A DNA stretch of 64,000 nt from Chiloscyllium plagiosum (lineage: Eukaryota): NCBI RefSeq assembly GCF_004010195.1, contig NC_057753.1, positions 4,019,656 to 4,083,655 of the forward strand, in the 5' to 3' direction. Below are positions 50,196-62,339 of the stretch, one piece after another. The notes beneath the pieces were generated by a model that saw only the letters and a program-made list of their open reading frames with translations, searched no databases and was not told the origin of the DNA. Position 1 is the stretch's first letter. Every line of letters begins with the position of its first letter. A program made the translations under genes and the position numbers.

Positions 50196-51085
50196 AGAGA
50201 ACATGACTGCGCAGTACAGGCCCTTCGGCCCTCGATGGTTTCAGAGGTTAGCACAACAATCTGAAGTCTATCTATCCTACACTATCAGATTTTCATCCAT
50301 ATGTCTATCCAAAAACCATTTAAGTGCCCTTAAAGTTAGCGAGCCTACTGCTGTTGCAGGTAGTGCATTCCACACCCCTACTACTCTGAGTAAAGAAACT
50401 ACCTCTGACATCTGTCCTATATCTATCATCCCTCAATTTAAAGCTATGCCCCCTCGTGCTCACCGTCACCATCTGAGGGAAAAAGGCTCTCACTGTCCAC
50501 CCTAAAAAACCCTCTGATTATCTTATATGTCTCAATTACGTTGCCTCTCAAACTTCTTCTCTCTAACAAAAATAGCCTCAAGTCTCTCAGCCTTTCCTCG
50601 TAAGACCTTCCCTCCATACCAGGCAACATCGTAGTATATCTCCTCTGAACCATTTCCAAAGCTTCCCCATCCTTCCTATAAAGCAGTGACCAGAACTGTA
50701 TGCAATATTCCAAGTGTGGTTGCACCAGAGTTTTGTACAGCCGCAGCATGACCTTGTGGCTCCGAAACTCAATCCCTCTACCAATAAAAGCTAACCGTAT
50801 GCCTTCTTAACAACCCCATCAACCTGGGTGACAACTTTCAAGGATCTATGTACCTGGACACTGAGATCTCTCTGCTCATTGACATTACCAAGAATCTTAC
50901 CATTAGCCCAGTACTCTGTATCCCTATCACTCCTTCTAAAGTGAATCATCTCACACTTTTCCACATTTAACACCATTTGCCACCTCTCAGCCCAGTTCTG
51001 CAGCTTATCTACGTCTCTCTGTAACCTACAACACCCCTTGTCACTATCCACAATTCCACCGACCTTAGTGTCATCCACATTGTTC
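50196..51085 (-). mobile_element. CR1 LINE 3' fragment
   Basis: VDDTKVGG, LYKTLVQPHLEYCIQFW. Confidence 0.9.
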
Positions 51086-51774
51086 ATATATTAATGAAGT
51101 AAACCTTAGGTTATAAGTTCTACAATTCCTTCCTTTAACCTCTCTGACTTGTTCCTTCTTCAGATTCTCCTTCAAGCTGACATCTTTGTCAATGAAGTTG
51201 ATCATGGCTGTACATTCCTGAGTGACAACCCTGGTGAAATAATGTCTGCAAAATTTTAGTAAACATTTAATGATAGTCAGAGTGCTACATAAGTGCCAAT
51301 TCTTTTTGTCAACTCATAAATATGTCACAGTTGGTTCATCTTCGGCACAGCGAAGCCTGAAGTTCATGTGGTCCACTCTCAACAGACTGCTGAGGATTGA
51401 CAATATCTGCCAGTTTTGTTCTACCCAAGCTTGTCCATATTCAAGAAGGAGACTTAGTTTAAAAGTAACAGCCTGTGCAAAGTGGATTTAAATGCTCAGA
51501 AATAAGTGCTACAAAAACAGCATGATTGAACAGTGCGCTTTTAAAACCCTAATGTGCCCTTGGCTAATCCTGCCTTGACAATCGCATATGGGAAGTCGCT
51601 CGATCCGATTGGGATCAAAGACCTTGGGTGGGAAACCCCAGCAGCTTCTTCTCCACCTCTCCACCTGCTTAAACTGCAACACTAAGAAACAACTGGCACA
51701 GACTTTAGCTTCACATGTTTCATGCATTGCCTGAGCTGAAATGACACCTATTGTTAGATATGATTTGGAGATAG

Positions 51775-52210
51775 CGGTGTACAAAGTTAAAAATCACACT
51801 AAACCAGGTTATAGTCCAACAGGATTAATTGAAAGCACTAGCTTTCGGAGCCAGACAACCACCTGATGAAAGAGCGGTGCTCCGAAAGCTAGTGCTTCCA
51901 ATTAAACCTGTTGGACTATAACCTGGCATTATTAAATAAGCTGACTTGGAGACGCCGGTGTTGGACTGGGGTGTACAAAGTTAAAAATCACACAACACCA
52001 GGTTATAGTCCAACAGGTTTATTTGGAAGCACACTAGCTTTCCAAATAAACCTGTTGGACTACATAAGTGTGGTGTTGTGTGGCTTTTAACTTGCTCCAC
52101 CTTGAGAAGGTAATTCCGGGATTTACACGTTAAAGAACCTAAACCACCATATCCCTTTCACAAAGATGTGTGTAAGAACCATAACCTGGTGTTGTGTGAC
52201 TTTTTGCACA
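51775..52210. mobile_element. Cluster of inverted PLE (family B) ends with hammerhead
   Basis: Repeated CCTGTTGGACTATAACCTGG in both orientations; CAC-CTGATGA..GAAAGCTA-GTG ~51860-51894. Confidence 0.7.
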
Positions 52211-52319
52211 TTGAAACAAGCAGCCCTCCTGCCCACCAGAGGCCCCAGAGCCTGCAAACTGACACTGGGATTGGGAAAAGCAGGAAGGGAGCGAGGAGAA
52301 ACGATACTATGCAACAGTC

Positions 52320-52690
52320 ACAGTGAGCACCCGCAGGCGGAATTCCCTGGATTGGGGATAACCCGGCCCCCCCTCAAAGCTCCCCAAACCCACACTGCAA
52401 CTTACCCAGTTGGCAGCTTCCAGGTCTCTGATGGCCACTTCCGCCCCGCGCAGTTGCCGCTGCCGCAGCCACTTCCGCCCCTCACGTGACGTCACCCGCT
52501 GGACAGCCGCGGCTGACGTCGGCCCAGCGGCGCGCTGACACCCGCAGGCCACACTTCCGCCCTCGCGGCGAACGTCACATGCGACGGTGACGTGTCCATC
52601 CACGAATAACCACGCCCACTGCAGAGAAATACTCCGCCCCCAAAACACCTGGACAGCCCCCACACTGGGTCCTATCTCCCGCCCCATAAA
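52320..52690 (-). promoter_or_regulatory. CpG-island promoter, probably of the - ZNF gene
   Basis: CACTTCCGCCC x3, TCACGTGACGTCA (E-box/CRE); donor G|GTAAGT on minus at 52405. Confidence 0.7.
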
Positions 52691-52874
52691 AAATCAAGCT
52701 CCATACAACTCAACCTGATTGAGGAGGGAACGATCAATCCACAGCAAAGGTCTCACCTTGACCCCTTCACACTACCTGGACAATGAGGTCAACACGAGTA
52801 GCAACATCTAACATTTCCTCCGCGGACTCCGGGCACAATTTTTCCATCCAGACACCTGCCCACCCAACAACAAC

Positions 52875-53114
52875 ACCTTCACCCACCTCCAACACACCCC
52901 GTCCACCTGGAGACCCCCCTTCACCCACCCCCAACACACCCCGTCCACCAGGAGACCCCCCTTCACCCACCGCCAACACATGCCATCCACCAGGAGACCC
53001 CTTCACCCACCTCCAACACACCACATTCACCAGGAGACCCCTTTACCCACCTCCAATACACCCCGTCCACCAGGAGAGCCCTTCACCTACCTCCAACACG
53101 CCCCATCCACCTGG
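52875..53114. repeat. 40-42 bp tandem repeat, ~6 copies (more at 53465-53540)
   Basis: CCTTCACCCACCTCCAACACACCCCGTCCACCAGGAGACCC. Confidence 0.9.
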
Positions 53115-53644
53115 ACCTTCCATGCTGGTCTCTTGCGCACCCTTGACAGAGCCTTCCCCAAGAGAGGGATAGTCTAAGATAGGTGTTAGTGTAGCGTGCA
53201 AGCAGCACGTGGGTGATATCCTCCCCTGTGCCATGCATGTGTTCTTCGCTCACCTTTCCCACGGCCCTGCACATACTGACTGTCGGTGGCTGATGGACCT
53301 TGGTGTGCATCACTGCTCAGGGCAGAAACAATGCAGAATGGTACTCTTGCGTGGTTCCCTATGAACCTATTCTGTGTCTTTTTCCTGCTGTTCCATTATA
53401 CATTCTGTTGTTGTTCCTGGGTATCATGCTCATGCAAATTATGCCTCCCCTTTTCCCTGGTTATCACACCCCGTCCACCAGGAGAGCCCTTAACCCACCT
53501 TCAACACATCGCGTCCACCAGGAGACCCCCCTTCATCCACCTTCCTTCTGTTCCCTTCTACATTCTGTTGTTGTTCCTGGGTATCATGCTCATGCAAATT
53601 ATGCCTCCCCTTTTCCCTGGTTATCACAGAAAATGTAGGACGTA

Positions 53645-53958
53645 GTAGTGCTGCAGCCTGGGCCTCTCCAATTTCTGGGCCTGGTTCTATTGCTGCAGCC
53701 TGGGCCTCTCCAATTTCTGGGCCTGGTTCTAGTGCTGCAGCCTGGGCCTCTCCAATTTCTGGGCCTGGTTCTAGTGCTGCAGCCTGAGCCTCTCCAATGT
53801 CTGGGCCTGGTTCTAGTGCTGCAGCCTGGGCCTCTCCAATGTCTGGGCCTGGTTCTAGTGCTGCAGCCTGGGCCTCTCCAATTTCTGGGCCTGGTTCTAG
53901 TGCTGCAGGCCGGGCCTCTCCAATTTCTGGGCCTGTTTCTCCTGCTGTAGCCTGGGCC
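53645..53958. repeat. 39-bp tandem repeat, ~8 copies
   Basis: TAGTGCTGCAGCCTGGGCCTCTCCAATTTCTGGGCCTGGTTC-type unit; minus frame reads PGPEIGEAQAAALE-like repeats. Confidence 0.95.
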
Positions 53959-54614
53959 TTAAAAAATAAATGTAAAAGTCTACAATTATCCTCGATGGAC
54001 ATACCCCCAGCGGCCTATCCACAAAACAGAAGGTCTATACAGAAAGGCACTAGGTCCAGCTACACAAAAAAAAGAGTGCATGCCTGATTGGCCAGAGCGA
54101 GAGAAAGTTCCAGAAAGCCATCTAAATGTATGAAGCCAGAGAGCAAGTGTTACCAGGTTATAGTACAACAGGTTTATTTGAAATTGCAAGTTTTCAGAGC
54201 TCAGCTCCTTCCTCTGGTGTGATATGATATGGAGCTATAAGGTGCAGCCTGAATGGTTAGCACTGGTACCTCACAGTGCCAAGGACGCAGGTTCAATTCC
54301 AGCCTCGGGGTGACTGTCTGTGTGGAGTTTTCACAGTGTCCCTGTGTTTGTGTGGGTTTCCTCCCACAATCCAAAGATGCACAAGTTAGCATGATTGGCC
54401 ATGCTAAATTGCCCAAAGTTTTTGCAGATGTGTAGGTTAGGTGCATTAGTCAGGGGAATGGATCTGGGTGGGTTGCTCTTCAAAGGGTCGGTGAGGACTG
54501 GTTGGGCCGAAGGGCCTATTTCCACATGGTAGGGATTCTAATTCTCGCTTTTAAGCTAGCTGCCCTTGTTGGATCTTTTAATCAGTTAGGAGATGGATTG
54601 TGGAATAAAATGCA

Positions 54615-55565
54615 AACTCGAGTGCCCCACAACTTGAGCCGCCTCCAGAATTTTAGTTTTGTCCCTTTTAAGGACATAAAAAGGCAGGCCCTATATCGAC
54701 TGCTGTTGCACACCATCCACCTCTTCACCCTCATCCTCCACCCGGATACACCTTGGCGTGCCCATTTGCCACCGGGCAGTGGGGACCCCCAGTGGAGGGC
54801 TCTCTACGCAGGATTCCACCCTCTTTCTCTCGGGGATCTGGGGTGGAAGGTGCTGCATGCAGCAGTCCCCTGCAACCGCAGATTGCGGTGGTTCATGGAC
54901 TCCCAGCCCAACTGCTTGTTCTGTGGTGCTGTGGAGTCCGTGCACCACGTGTATATTGGGTGTGGGCGTTTGCACTGCCGTTTTGTTTTTCTTAAAAACC
55001 TCCTCCTCTGCTTTTGGTTGCACTTCAGTCCCACGCTCCTGATCTTCGGGCACCCGGTACGGAGGAGGGAGGGCAGGTCTGAAGACCTCCTCATGGTTCT
55101 GCTCCTGGGCCTGGCCAAACTGGCCATCAACAGGTCGAGGCAGCGGGACGTGGAGGGGGTCATTAGGGCCGACTGCCTGCCCCTCTTCCGCGGTTACGTT
55201 AGGGCCCGGGTGTCCTTGGAAAAGGAGCACGCTGTGTCCACCAACACCCTGGAGTTGTTCAGGGAGAGGTGGGTGCTGCGGGGAGTGGAGTGTATTATTT
55301 CCCCCTCCAACTCTATTTTGATTTAATCCCTGCCCTCCCCTTCACTGTTTGATCACACAGCATTGCCCTTTGATGTGAAGGGCGTTGCTTGTCACTGGCC
55401 ACCCGGGTGTTTCTTTGCTTCCTGGTGGTGGAAACTGAAAAAATATCGTGCACCTTGTGTCTTTCACTGTGTCTCTACACCTGGACACACACAACATGGG
55501 TGCTGGGGAAAAATAAGCACTACCGCAGTTAGGTGGTAGTGTGGGGGTAATAAGAAAAAAAAAAG
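54615..55565 (+). mobile_element. Tx1/L1-clade LINE 3' end (C-terminal CCHC domain, 3' UTR, A-rich tail)
   Basis: DLGWKVLH..CLFCGAVESVHHVYIGC..LAKLAI..FRERW. Confidence 0.8.
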
Positions 55566-56574
55566 CGCAAGAATGTCAGACATCCTGAAAAGAAAAAAAA
55601 AATAAAATGCAAACTCCGGATTCCTTTCAAGTCTTTGTTCCGCGTGAAAGTATGTGTGTTTTTTGACAGAAAGGAATCTTGGATTAATTGCTTCCCCCTG
55701 CGGAAGGTGCACGTACAATATCCCCCTGTGCCTGCATGGGTTTCCTTTGGGTACTCCGGTTTCCTCCCACTATCCAAAGATGTTCAGGTCTGGGTGAATT
55801 GGCCAGACTAAATTGCCCACAGTGTTTGGGTAATGGGTCTGGATGGGTTCCTCTTCAGTGGGTTGGTGTGGACTTGCTGGGACGAAGGACCTGTTTCCAC
55901 ACCATAAGGAATTTAACCTAATCCCAGATGTCAGGCAAATAGTACCAGGCGGGCCTTGCAGTATCATGGGATTGCTTCATGGTCAACATGCAAGGCAGAG
56001 TTGGCTCCTTTGACAGTGGCCAGACATTCCTGAAAAGTTTCGAGGTATGTAATCAGGACATCTACCAGGCAGCCATTTTCTAATCAAGAAAGATTAAGTC
56101 AATGAATTTGAACTTTTCTCAACCAATTTTGCGCTCTTAACATTGGACTTGAGCCTTTAACTCCACTTAGTGGTAACTGAACTAGCTGATTCTCAGTTGA
56201 GACTGGAACCGAAGTTGTACTTTTAATCTATGAAGGTTCACCCATATATGTTTGCAGGCTAGCTGAGGTGTTATGTAAACTGAGGGGTTAGAGTCCAGGG
56301 TGAATTTTATTAACGAATGGTTCTTCAATCCCTGATGCTGCTGTGCTGGTATCAAACTCCATTAGAACCAGGGGACCATTTAACCGGACGCTCATTTTGA
56401 ATGATTCGGATGTAGATGTTATAAAGTCTAAGTTGTACAACACAGAAACAGACCCATCGGTTCAACCAATCAATGCCAACCATCATCCCAAATAAAACCG
56501 GTCCCACTCTGCCCATATCTCTCCAGACCTTTCCTATTCATGTATTTGTCCAAAGGTCTTTAAAATGTTGTAAC

Positions 56575-57345
56575 TATGTGATTTTTGAGAAGATTTGTAG
56601 CTCAGGTTGAGGTTCAGGTTGTAACTTTGCTCTCTGAGCAGGTGTGTTCTCAGATGTTTTGTCACCACGCTAGGTAACATCATCAGTCAGCCTCCGGTGA
56701 AGCGCTTGTGTGCTGTCCCGCTTGCTGTTTGTGTGTCTTGGTCTCTTAAGGTGGGTGATACCACTTCCGGTTCTTTTTCTCAGAGTTTGGTAAATGGGGT
56801 CCAAATCAATGTTTTTATTGATGGACTTACGGTTTGAATGCCAGGCTTTTAGAAATTCCCATCCGTGTCTCTGATTAGCCTGTCCCAGGATGGATGTTTT
56901 GTCCCAGTCGAAGTGATGTTCTTCTCTGTCGGTATGTTTGGATACTAGTGATAGCTGGTCATGTCTTTTTAGTGGCTAGTTGGTGTTTATGTATCCTGGT
57001 GGCTAGTTTTCTGCCTGTCTGTCCGATGTAGTGCTTGTTACTGTCCTTGCTGGATATTTTGTAAATGAAATTTGTTTTGCTGGGTCTGGGTACAGGGTCC
57101 TTTATATCCATTAGTCGCTTTTTCAGAGTGTTGGTAGGTTTGTGGGCGACTATGATGTCAAGATGTTGGAGCAGTCTGGTAGTCATCACTGGTATGTCTT
57201 TGATGTACAGTAGAGTGGCATGGATTTCTGAGAGTATTGTGTCTACTTGTTTAGGTTTGTTGTTTAAGAATCGGTGGGCTGTGTTCATCGGGTGCCCATT
57301 GTTCGTGAGTAAGCTGAATAGGTATGTTTCTTCTGCAATTCATAG
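56575..57345 (-). mobile_element. Penelope-like GIY-YIG 3' fragment
   Basis: NFIYKIS..HYIGQTGRKLATRIHKH; decayed hammerhead ~56650-56690. Confidence 0.85.
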
Positions 57346-57369
57346 TTCCTGCTGCTCCCTTCCCAGCCT

Positions 57370-58145
57370 GCTTTTATAATTCGAATCTTCCACCCAACAA
57401 CATCTTGGTAAATTTCATCTGAACGTCTACAGCTTAGTATCCTTCCCATAACATGGCAGCCAGAACTGGACATAGTTCTCCAGAAGAGGCCTCACCAATG
57501 TCCTGTACAACATCAACGTGACGGCCCAACTCCTAGACTCAAAGGTCTGAGTAATGAAGGCAAGTGTGCAAAATGCCTTCCTCACCAACTTGCCTACGTG
57601 TGATGCAAACTTCAAACAGTTATGTACCTGAACCCTTAGGTCGCTCTCTTCTACAACATGACTATAGGCTTTACCATTAATTGTATAAGTCCTGCCCCTG
57701 ATTGTTGGACCAAAATACAGTACTTCACATTTATCTAAATTGATTTTCAGCTGCCATTCTTCAGCCCATGGACCCTAATGTTAAAGATCCTTTTGCAATC
57801 CCAGGAAACATGCTTCACCTTCTGCTATGCCATGTTTGTGCCTAATGTGGGTGGCACTGTGGCTCAGTGGTTAGCACTGCTGCCTCACAGCAGCAGGAAT
57901 CCGGGTTTGATTCCAGCCTCGGCCCACTGTCTGTGTGGAGTTTGCATGTTCTCCCTGTGTCTGCGTGAGTTTGCTCCGGTATCCTCCCACAACCCAAAGA
58001 TGTGCAGGTTAGGGTGGATTGGCCATGCTAAATCTAGGTGTATTAGTCAGAGGGCAGTGGGTCTGGCTGAGTTGCTCTTCAGAGGGTCGGTGTGGACTTG
58101 TTGGGCCAAAGGGCCAGTTTCCACACCGTAGGGAATCTAATCTAT
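57370..58145. mobile_element. CR1 fragment (-) followed by HE1-like SINE (57848-58145, +)
   Basis: LYRTLVRPLLENYVQFW; SINE head. Confidence 0.8.
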
Positions 58146-60437
58146 GAATTTATTTCTTCCGACTCCTCCCTGCGTCGTTTGCTCTGAATAATCATACCTT
58201 GCTCCAGGATTCATTGGAGGCTTCAGACCTCACTGTTCTTCATCTTTGGCTGGTCAACTGTCTTCAATGAGGTGATGGACGAGGCAGGAGTTAGGAATTC
58301 TGCTCAGCCAGAAACTCCCTGAGTAGCTACAAGAGACGGAGAAAATATGAGACTCATGCAGTGACGATTACATGTGTAGAATGGTACTGAGTTCCACAGA
58401 GATCCGGAAAATCCCAGTCTCCATCCCTGGCCTGTGCTGACTCATCTCGCTGTTTTTCTGTCTGGAGTTGAGAAATCTTTTGGCTCAGAATCACGCAGTA
58501 GCTCCGAGAGAGACGCACTGACAGAGGTAGCAATGTGATACACACCTGAAGAGATACTGAGTGATATCATTACAGTGCAGGAATATTTCAGGATCAATGA
58601 TGCAGGAAGAAGTGATTTTCATTGATGATGCACTTACAATAGTACTCAGGGATGAACATGCTATGAGCATGAGAGGCGATGTCTTAGTGCTGTTATTGCT
58701 GGACTATTGATCCAGAAATTTAGCCAGGTTCATAATCTCATCATGGCAGATGGTGGACGTTAAATCCAATAAAAATATAACCATGTGGAACTAAGAATCG
58801 ACTATTGCCGAGTAAGGTGAAACTTATCCAATTCCCTTTCGGAAAGGAAATCTTCCATCCTTACTTACTCGGAGACAAAATAAAATCTGCAGATGCTGGA
58901 GTCCAAGGTAGACAAGCAGGAGGCTGGAAGAACACAGCAAGCCAGGCAGCATCAGGAGCTGGAGGAGTCCAGCTGACACATCAGTTGCCTGTCGATTGCT
59001 GGGTTCTTCCCAATCAGTCTTAGTTGGGTTTTCAAGGGTGTGCAGTCTCCCAGGATACCAGCCTATGAGTTCTCCTATTTAATTGAGGCCAGGAGCTCTC
59101 CTTTGCTGTCTCGAGTTGGCATACCAGCAGTAACGAGGATGGCTTGCTAGTCCGGATCCCGAAGAAAATGCTAACCGTTTGGCCGAGGCTTGACTTTCCT
59201 CTGGGGGCTCGCAGTGGGCTGACCAAGGATCTCTCCTGAGTGAGGCTATGCAATTTCCTTCACTGAAGCGGTACCCTGCCAAGATCAATCACTTGAGGGG
59301 TGAGGTGTCCACTTTCACCAGCACATCCTGCAGCATATTTTAGAACCAGACCAACCCTCTAAAGGGCAATGCACCAAGACGTATTGCCTCCACCCTATAT
59401 TGACCCCTGACTAACGCACCTAACCTACACACCCTCAAACAATATGGGATAATTTAGCACAGCCAGACAGCCAGTTCACCTAACCTGGGAATATTTGAAT
59501 TGCGGGAGGAAACCCACGCAGACACGAGGGGTGGGGGGGGGGGGGGAGAGGGGGGTGGAGGGGGTAAAGAATGCCAACTCCGTACAGTTTGGCCAGCTGC
59601 CCGAGGGTGGAATCGAACCCGGCTCCCTGACGCTGTGAGGCAGCGATGCTCGCCACTGAGACACCATGCCACCCACTTGCTTCGCTTGCCACATTTTGTC
59701 ATGAAAAAGCCCGTTGTAGTCTCTGTTTGAAGTCCAGTTGGGCTTCAGCTAGTAGGCACTTTTGTACAGTTACATCACCGACCCCACATGCCAAACGGTC
59801 TCTCAGCATCTGATCAGGGGTAAGGCCGAAGTCAAATGGCTCTGTCAGTCATCTTAACCTCAGCAAAAATCCTAACGCTGATATCTCTGATTCTTAGATC
59901 GCTGAGTGAAACTGATAGCATCTCAGAATTGCAGGGGGCTGGGGTTGTAATATTCCTCAACTAAAACTCAACTAAACTGAACTCCTGAAAGTATCTGGTG
60001 CCTCGGGAAATGTTAGACTCCTCATAACGGAAAACGCTGCGGGTCAGCATGCTGTCAGGAGAATCACTCATCGTTTCTCCTCTGCTCAGAAAAGAATAAG
60101 CACACTTTTCCCACGTACTGGGCCAAGTCTTCGACAGAGGGATCAAATGAGTCGAGTTTCCCTAATAATGGCGTGATCCCAGAAATATTTCCCCCAAAGA
60201 TAATTGTTGCTTGCGAATTTCTTCATGAGTTTGTTATTTTTTTTATCTCTTGACACCATTGAAATAACTCCACAACAGACAGTATCCAATCACCAATTCA
60301 GACTTTACTTACACATGCATAATGCTTGTCATTGACCCAGCTTCCTCAGAGCCACAAGGGGACAGCACTTAACTGGACTTTAAAAGATACTACAACGGGC
60401 TTTTTCATGGAAAAAAAATACGGGAAGCGAAGCAAGT

Positions 60438-61112
60438 GGATGGCATGGTGGCTCGGTGGTTAGCAATGGTGCCAGGGACCTGGGTTCGATTCCAACCTCG
60501 GGAGGGGGGGAGGGGGATACTGTCTGTGTGGAGCTGGCACATCCTCTCCGTGTCTGCGCGGGTTTCCTCCGGGTGCTCAATTTTGTCCCACAGTCCAAAG
60601 ATGTGCAGGTTAGGGTGGATTGGCCATGCTAAACTGCCCCATAGTGCCCAGGGATGTGCAGGTTGGGGGGGGATGGCCCAGGGAAAATGCAGCGTTACGG
60701 GGACAGGNNNNNNNNNNNNNNNNNNNNNNNNNNNNNNNNNNNNNNNNNNNNNNNNNNNNNNNNNNNNNNNNNATGTGCAGGTTAGGGTGGATTGGCCGTG
60801 CTAAACTGCCCCATAGTGCCCAGGGATGTGCAGGTTAGGGTGGATTGGCCGTGCTAAATTGTCCCATAGTGCCCAGGGATGTGCAGGTTAGGGTGAATTG
60901 GCCATGCTAAATTGTCCCATAGTGCCCAGGGATGGGTAGGTTAGGGTAAATTGGCCGTGCTAAATGGCCCCTAAGTGTTTAGGGGATGGGTTGGTGAGGT
61001 GCATTAGTTAGGGGGAGATATAGGGGAATGGGTCTGAGTGGGTTATTCTTCAGAGGGTCGGTGTGGACTTGTTGGGCCGAAGGGCCTTTTTCCATACGGT
61101 AGGGAATCTATG
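60438..61112 (+). mobile_element. HE1-like SINE with internal ~54-bp tandem array
   Basis: Repeats of GATGTGCAGGTTAGGGTGGATTGGCCRTGCTAAAYTGYCCCATAGTGCCCAGG spanning a gap. Confidence 0.85.
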
Positions 61113-61189
61113 ATTCACGGAGCCAGCTCTCGATAGTGAACAGAACCGCGGATGCTCCATTCTATTTTCCAGTCCAGTTTATTTCTTGT

Positions 61190-61725
61190 TTTTTTTTTCT
61201 TTTCATTTTTTAAGCATAAAATTATTTCCTCCACACTACCGCCTAACTGTGGTAGCGCTTATTCTTTCCCCAGCACCCATGGTGTGTGTGTGCAGGTGTG
61301 AGACACAGTGAAAGACACGAATCTTTATTCAATTTCCACCACCAGGAAGAAAGGAAACACCCGAGTGGCCAGTGACAAGCAGTGCCCTTCACATCAAAGG
61401 GCAGTGCTGTGTGATCAAGCAGTGAAGGGGAGGGCAGGGATTAAATCAAAATGGAGTTGGAGGGAGAAATAATGCACTCCACTCCCTGCGGCGCCCACCT
61501 CTCCCTGAACAACTCAAGGGTGTTGGTGGGCACTGCGTGCTCCTTCTCCAAGGACACCCGGGCTCTAACATTACTGTGGAATGGGGCAGGCAGTCGGCCC
61601 TAACGACCCCCTCCACGGCCTGCTGCATGGACCAGTTTGGCCAGGCCCAGGAGCAGACCCACGAGGAGGTCTTCAGACCTGCCCTTCCCCCTCCATACTG
61701 GGTGCCCGAAGATCAGGAGCGTGGG
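61190..61725 (-). mobile_element. Second Tx1-like LINE 3' end
   Basis: PTLLIFGHPV..GRSEDLLVGLLLGLAKL; 3' UTR matches 55330-55550. Confidence 0.8.
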
Positions 61726-61734
61726 ATAAACCCA

Positions 61735-62057
61735 TACAATATCCTTCAGCCCAACAAGTTCACACTGACCAGCTGAAGAGTAACCCACCCCGACCCTTGT
61801 CGTATTACTGTACATTTACCTCTGACTAATGCACCTAACCTACAGATCCCTGAATACTCTGGGCAACTTGGCATGGTGAATCCACCCTAACCTACACATC
61901 TTTAGGATTGGGGGAGGAAATCAGAGTCCCTGGGGAAAACCCACACAGGCACCTAGAGAAAATGCAAACTCTATACAGTCGCCCGAGGCTGGAATCGATC
62001 GCAGGCCCCTTGGGCTGCAAGGCAGTAGTGCTAACCACTGAACCACCGTGCTGCCCC
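61735..62057 (-). mobile_element. HE1-like SINE
   Basis: tRNA-like head and core. Confidence 0.8.
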
Positions 62058-62339
62058 AAGCTTAGTGAGAGACAGAAAGAAATGGGGAATGAAGCCAGGG
62101 TGGTGAAGAGAAACCATTTTCGCAATTGTTCACAGCGGGAAAGGAATCCAGCCAGGAGGTGTGTGGGGACGATTCAGAATACCTTCTTCAGACCACAAAT
62201 CCCAATATAGCTTTGTAGGTCCTGCAGTTTCGGGATGTTTTTCCTGGGAAGACTTTGATTTTCGATCACCACCCTGATGCAGTGAGGATCACAGGATGGC
62301 CCTATCATCTTTGCTACCAATTTCTTTCTGTTGTCTGCA

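Larger units (their letters stand above)
56040..60352 (-). mobile_element. Degraded Gypsy (Mag-like) retrotransposon: LTR part 60260-60352, gag 59700-60170, protease 56090-56420; many nested inserts
   Basis: LLGKLDSFDPSVED; MLRDRLACGVGD..QKCLLAE; VRLNG..LMEFDT; TGG directly after LTR end; same LTR terminus at 50070. Confidence 0.65.

Noticed and set aside
51100..51760. Possible coding exon of the - ZNF gene
   Set aside because: No recognisable domain or clear splice-site pair
52875..53958. CRISPR-like arrays
   Set aside because: Contiguous tandem repeats with no unique spacers; eukaryotic context
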